Shown: one piece after another, positions 31,093 through 34,826 of the stretch | Position numbering within the stretch: position 1 is the first letter of the stretch | How the letters are laid out: the number at the start of each line of letters is the position of its first letter | Assembly (NCBI GenBank): GCA_965645245.1 | Contig: OZ287074.1 | Location: 2,418,001-2,452,826 of the forward strand | From: Massalongia carnosa | Taxonomy: Eukaryota | Length of the DNA: 34,826 bases | Direction of reading: 5' to 3' | Notes under the pieces: generated by a model | What the model was told of the DNA's origin: nothing | Database searches by the model: none | Seen by the model: the letters and a program-made list of their open reading frames with translations, nothing else | Translations under genes and position numbers: made by a program

Positions 31093-31588
31093 TGTAATAG
31101 CGCGGCAATACAGGACTGCGCTAGCTCCTGGGATGACTCACCCAAGAAGACCGGGTGACTGATAATCCGGATGCTTAGTCATGATAAGGCGGATAGCAAT
31201 ACTAAGCCATCAGCAATCAGCTTTACCAGTTTGTTAGGCAGCAACTGAAGCTATTCAGATAAGCCTCGATCTCATGGGAGGCCTGGGACGCCTAGGAGGC
31301 CTCAGCTGAAGGCAACAAGGCTATCTGCTAGACCTCAGCTGAAGGCAACAAGGTTATCTGCTAGACCTCAGCTGAAGGCAGCAAGGCTATCTACTAGACC
31401 TCAGCTGAAGGCAACAAGGCAGACAGGTAACCAGACAAGTAGTTAGTAAATAGGACCCCAAGGGGTATATAGAAAGCTCGATTCCCATCTTCAGGGAATC
31501 AGCTTTTAGCTTTAGCACCTACCAATCTATTAGCAGTCACACTGAGCATTATAACCCATAAGGACTAGTGTCTATTGTCCCTCTTATA
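31093..31588 (+). mobile_element. Solo LTR F, copy 2 (496 bp)
   Basis: TGTAATAG...CTCTTATA. TSD TTTGA (31088-31092 / 31589-31593). TATATAG at 31466. Confidence 0.93.
31298..31420 (+). repeat. 33-bp tandem repeat (GACCTCAGCTGAAGGCAACAAGGCTATCTGCTA), about 3.7 copies, in F U3
   Basis: Read directly. The same array in F1 is split by E. Confidence 0.92.
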
Positions 31589-33107
31589 TTTGAACAATTA
31601 CGAAAGCACGGCCTGTATGCCAATTTGCAGAAGTGCCGTTTCAGTCAGAAAGAGGTTCGCTTTCTTGGGTATATTATTTCACCTGAAGGTATTCGGATGG
31701 AGAATGATAGGATAGAGAGCGTGCGCAGCTGGCCTAGACCCCAGTGCGTTCGCGATATTCAAGTCTTTATAGGCTTTGTCAAATTTTACCCCCGGTTTAT
31801 CAAGGGGTTCAGTAAGATCGCTAGGCCTTTGACCGCGATGCTGAAGACGACGGGTCCTAAGATGCCGAAATCGGACTCGTTTCTGACTGCTGAGGCGTTA
31901 GTAGCGTTCGATCAACTGAAGGGGGCCTTTGTCACGGCCCCAGTCGTCAGGCACGAGACCGTGCCATCTCAGAACTGAGATTTTGGAACCGGTTTCAAGT
32001 TTTTACGATCGATGCAATTCGTAAAAGGTTGTAAATTTAAAACCACGTATGCAATAAAAAAATTATCTATTTAATTTCAGGATTGAAATCGAAAAATTGA
32101 AAACTTTTCTTAAATTTTCTAAAACTTACGACTTGCGAAATAAGCGGAAAATGTCACACTTGATGACCCGGACGATAAGTTTTTGATAACACAATAAACT
32201 TGCTGTCTATTTTGCAATTGAATACATTTTCTACGTGATATGATACCCTATATCATCATAAACTTACAGCAGGATTCGGAGGAACATGAGTTATCATGTC
32301 ATGTTGCGATCGCAGAATTACTTCCGGATATACAATGTTATCCGTTTTCCAGTCATTTCGGTCCGGAAACAACATACACAATCGAGACACATCCATAACT
32401 CGAGATAATGCCACATATAACTGACCATGAGTAAAAGGAGGAGCTCGCAAATCGACTCCTATCGTGTCCAATGCTTGACCTTACGACTTGTTGACAGTCA
32501 TAGCAAAGCACAATCGTATCGGAAATTGTTTGCGACTTATGATCCAGGGCAACTCGCCTTCCGTGGTATTAAGAAGAATCCGGGGAATTAATCACGTTTC
32601 ACCGTTGAATTCTTATCCCAAAATCTTTCCCTCTAGACAGGTCCGCGAAATGTGAGTAAGACGTAATCGGGTGCCGTTACAGAGACCAAGTTTGGGATAC
32701 AAAATCCGCAAAAAAATGATTCCGGCTCCAAGTTTCAGTTGCAATTGTGAAGGTTGTATAGACGATGTTTGCAAGGGTTGTAAAAACTCGGGAGAAAGAA
32801 AGTCTCCTCGTTCCTACGCCGTATCGTTCTCTATTTGAGCAACGAAGTTCACGGTGTGCGAACCGCCCTGCAATTTATTCAGTACTGCACCGTTTAACTC
32901 TGCGACGATATCGTTCCGCAAAGTCAAAATTGCTCGACTTGCGAAAGAATCCGCATCCAGATGAGCTTGCCGCATGCGATCGGAAGGAAAAACGGTGTCC
33001 ACGAAACTGTCTAAGTTGTTCAGTTGATTGACTTGTTCCGGTAGCTGAACACGACCGGAAAAAGCAGGATCATAAGACATTTTCCCGATCCAGTCCGCAA
33101 ACGCCTC

Positions 33108-33776
33108 TGAAACGGGGAGACCTTCTCCCAGCAGGCATTCACTACTGGAAGATGGGATCCACAGGGGCTACACAACGTGATGGTCACAATAGAGGTACAA
33201 ATAGGTAGGGTCGGGTCAAAGGGTAGACTAAATGCTACCCTTTTAAAGTGCTTGATCATTGATCTATATAGGATAGGACGATCCATAACCTAAGCTCTTC
33301 TTCCATACCTTGCCCATACTACCTGGTATTTTCGGACTCCGAAATACTTCGGACACCGAAAGACACGGGTAGATAAGACTAGGCAGGTGAGCAAGGGGAG
33401 GTGAGGCGAGGCGAGGGGATACTTCGTGTACTACGAAAACACCTCCATAATAAGTTAAGTCCCCACACTATGCCTAACTGGGTTAGGCGGGACCTTATTG
33501 TCTTGGTAGTTGTTTTGGCTGTACATGGACCTTATTGTCTTGGTGGTTGTTTTGGCTGTACATGGACCTTATTGTCTTGGTGGTTGTTTTGGCTGTACAT
33601 GGACCTTATTGTCTTGGTGGTTGTTTTAGCTGTACATGGACCTTATTGTCTTGGTGGTTGTTTTGGCTGTACATGGACCTTATTGTCTTGGTGGTTGTTT
33701 TGGCTGTACATATCCCACATAGCCACATAGGCCAGTTTTACGTTCAACGAACGCATACTTGGCTTACCCTATTACA
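33108..33776 (-). mobile_element. Solo LTR of the element G family (669 bp)
   Basis: Reverse complement of 15166-15649 plus 5 extra 37-bp units. TSD GCCTC (33103-33107 / 33777-33781). Helicase frame NEVANEA|FADWIGK is restored on removal. Confidence 0.95.
33490..33711. repeat. 37-bp tandem repeat x6 (GGACCTTATTGTCTTGGTGGTTGTTTTGGCTGTACAT)
   Basis: Six head-to-tail units with no spacers. Two single-base variants. Confidence 0.97.
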
Positions 33777-34415
33777 GCCTCATTGGCGACTTCGTTACGA
33801 ATTCGCATGATTTGACGCAAAAACAGTTTTTGAAATCGCGGCCAAAAAAGGTGTTTTGAATGTTCGCCGCACCGATGGCTTCCCGATTTCCACGGGGAAC
33901 AACGGGCAAGATTTGAGCGAAATCTCCGCCTAACACCATCGGAATAACTCCGAAAGGTCGTCATTACCTAAAAGGTCCGTAAAAGTGCGATGTACGACCA
34001 TGAAGCATTGTTTGTGTTGCATCGGCACCTTATCCCCAATGATTAAGGCTGTGAGTTACAAAAGACAGTGTAAATGCGTGTTGCGGGTGATATTACACAT
34101 GCTGTCCTCATTTAAAATCAAAGGAATTTTCAACCGGGAATGTGAAGTCTGTCCGCTAGGAAGAAGTAAAGCCGCAATGCCGGGAGACGCAACGCAAAGA
34201 ATGATTTTATTCTCCGCCCGAATATCATTGCAAAGAGTCTAATATAAAAAAGTCTTACCTCTTCCTGCAGGTCCGTGAACAAAAAAATGCGCCATTCTAG
34301 GATAATCTCTAACTCCCGCAACAATGGTATCAAAACAGTATTTCTGATCCGCATTCAATTGAGTATATCGTTCATTTCGTAACGTCGTTTCTTCGTTGAA
34401 ATCGTAAGTCATTTC

Positions 34416-34584
34416 TGTAACGGTTCGACCATGCGTGGTGCGGACGGCAGGACCTACAGTGAACAGAGCAGGAGTCCGAGTTATAGTAGAATAGAGCTTA
34501 GTCTGCGGACTAAGTATTGTGCCTTTTGGTCGGGAGGACAGATGGCGCAATGGTAGAAATCTATTTACTTCTCGCTTCGTCACA
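34416..34584. mobile_element. Small solo LTR (169 bp)
   Basis: TGTAACG...CGTCACA termini. TSD ATTTC (34411-34415 / 34585-34589). Removal restores NPLIANEMTYD. Confidence 0.85.
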
Positions 34585-34669
34585 ATTTCATTTGCGATCA
34601 ACGGATTTCCAGTACTCCGACCCCAATCGTATGTAAACAGCGGCATATTCTAATCCTCTAATCGTTTTC

Positions 34670-34826
34670 TTAGGGTTAGGGTTAGGGTTAGGGTTAGGGT
34701 TAGGGTTAGGGTTAGGGTTAGGGTTAGGGTTAGGGTTAGGGTTAGGGTTAGGGTTAGGGTTAGGGTTAGGGTTAGGGTTAGGGTTAGGGTTAGGGTTAGG
34801 GTTAGGGTTAGGGTTAGGGTTAGGGT
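34670..34826 (+). repeat. Telomeric repeat (TTAGGG)26, chromosome end
   Basis: Perfect G-strand array running to the end of the window. Confidence 0.99.

Larger units (their letters stand above)
15166..31954 (+). mobile_element. Element G: decayed Ty3/gypsy element (A lineage), interrupted by D, F1(+E) and F2, 3'-truncated
   Basis: 5' LTR and PBS-position motif, then gag and pol pieces that rejoin in frame when each insert and one TSD copy are removed. Confidence 0.9.
29980..31954 (+). pseudogene. pol: pol of element G (partial protease and RT), split by F2, truncated before RNase H
   Basis: IDGSRL..EETFLIAN..VVLGMPFL with the catalytic DSG segment missing. LCVDYRGLN. Y*DD at 31019-31030. 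KWVF|EQLRKHG rejoins across F2. Ends APVVRH. Confidence 0.92.
32256..34669 (-). pseudogene. Pif1-family helicase of Helitron RepHel type, disrupted and 5'-truncated by the telomere
   Basis: LNADQ..GPAGRGKTFLY (motif I), GIAALLL..TSHSRLKIPL, GGDFAQILPVV, FPIRLCFAMTVNKS, FTHGQLYVALSRV, TDNIVYPEVI. Stops, frameshifts and two solo-LTR insertions. No Rep domain in the window. Confidence 0.9.

Noticed and set aside
31298..31420. 33-bp palindromic-core repeats as a CRISPR array
   Set aside because: No unique spacers. It is a tandem array in LTR U3.
23352..31588. Inversion between F1 and F2
   Set aside because: Each copy has matching TSDs on both sides and G stays colinear between them.
31940..31965. 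Canonical Helitron 3' end (hairpin plus CTGG on the minus strand)
   Set aside because: The CTGG and half of the hairpin encode the conserved APVVRH of G pol, and no T follows.
33490..33711. 37-bp repeats as a CRISPR array
   Set aside because: Units are head-to-tail with no spacers, lie inside an LTR, and the context is eukaryotic with no cas genes.
15166..33776. Inverted G-family LTRs as TIRs of one giant element or as inversion breakpoints
   Set aside because: The distal copy has its own TSD (GCCTC) and interrupts a restorable helicase frame, so it is an independent insertion.
34239..34669. Telomere-targeted non-LTR retrotransposon (MoTeR-like)
   Set aside because: No non-LTR RT or endonuclease motifs. 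The sequence is Pif1-helicase-like.

Overview
Right-hand end of a fungal (probably filamentous ascomycete) chromosome, ending in 26 TTAGGG repeats. I see no intact host gene. The window is a nest of mobile DNA that can be unpacked using target-site duplications (TSDs). It holds five Ty3/gypsy elements, which I label by my own letters. A (minus strand, decayed) carries B (minus strand, decayed) inside its 5' LTR. G (plus strand, decayed) is split by intact element D, by two copies of solo LTR F, and by intact element E inside the first F copy. There is also a 5'-truncated telomere-linked-type RecQ helicase, a pseudogene of unknown function with RIP-like damage, and a Helitron-type Pif1 helicase pseudogene that carries two solo LTRs and runs directly into the telomere. 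The most notable signals are: (i) tRNA-independent, Tf1-style self-priming sites with a compensatory base change between elements; (ii) -1 frameshift cassettes with covarying stems; (iii) a solo-LTR family ending TG...TA in both copies; (iv) an apparently healed chromosome end inside a helicase element whose surviving terminus looks Mutator-like rather than Helitron-like; (v) a possible relic of an older chromosome end just after the RecQ gene. All comparisons were made by eye and no database searches were run.
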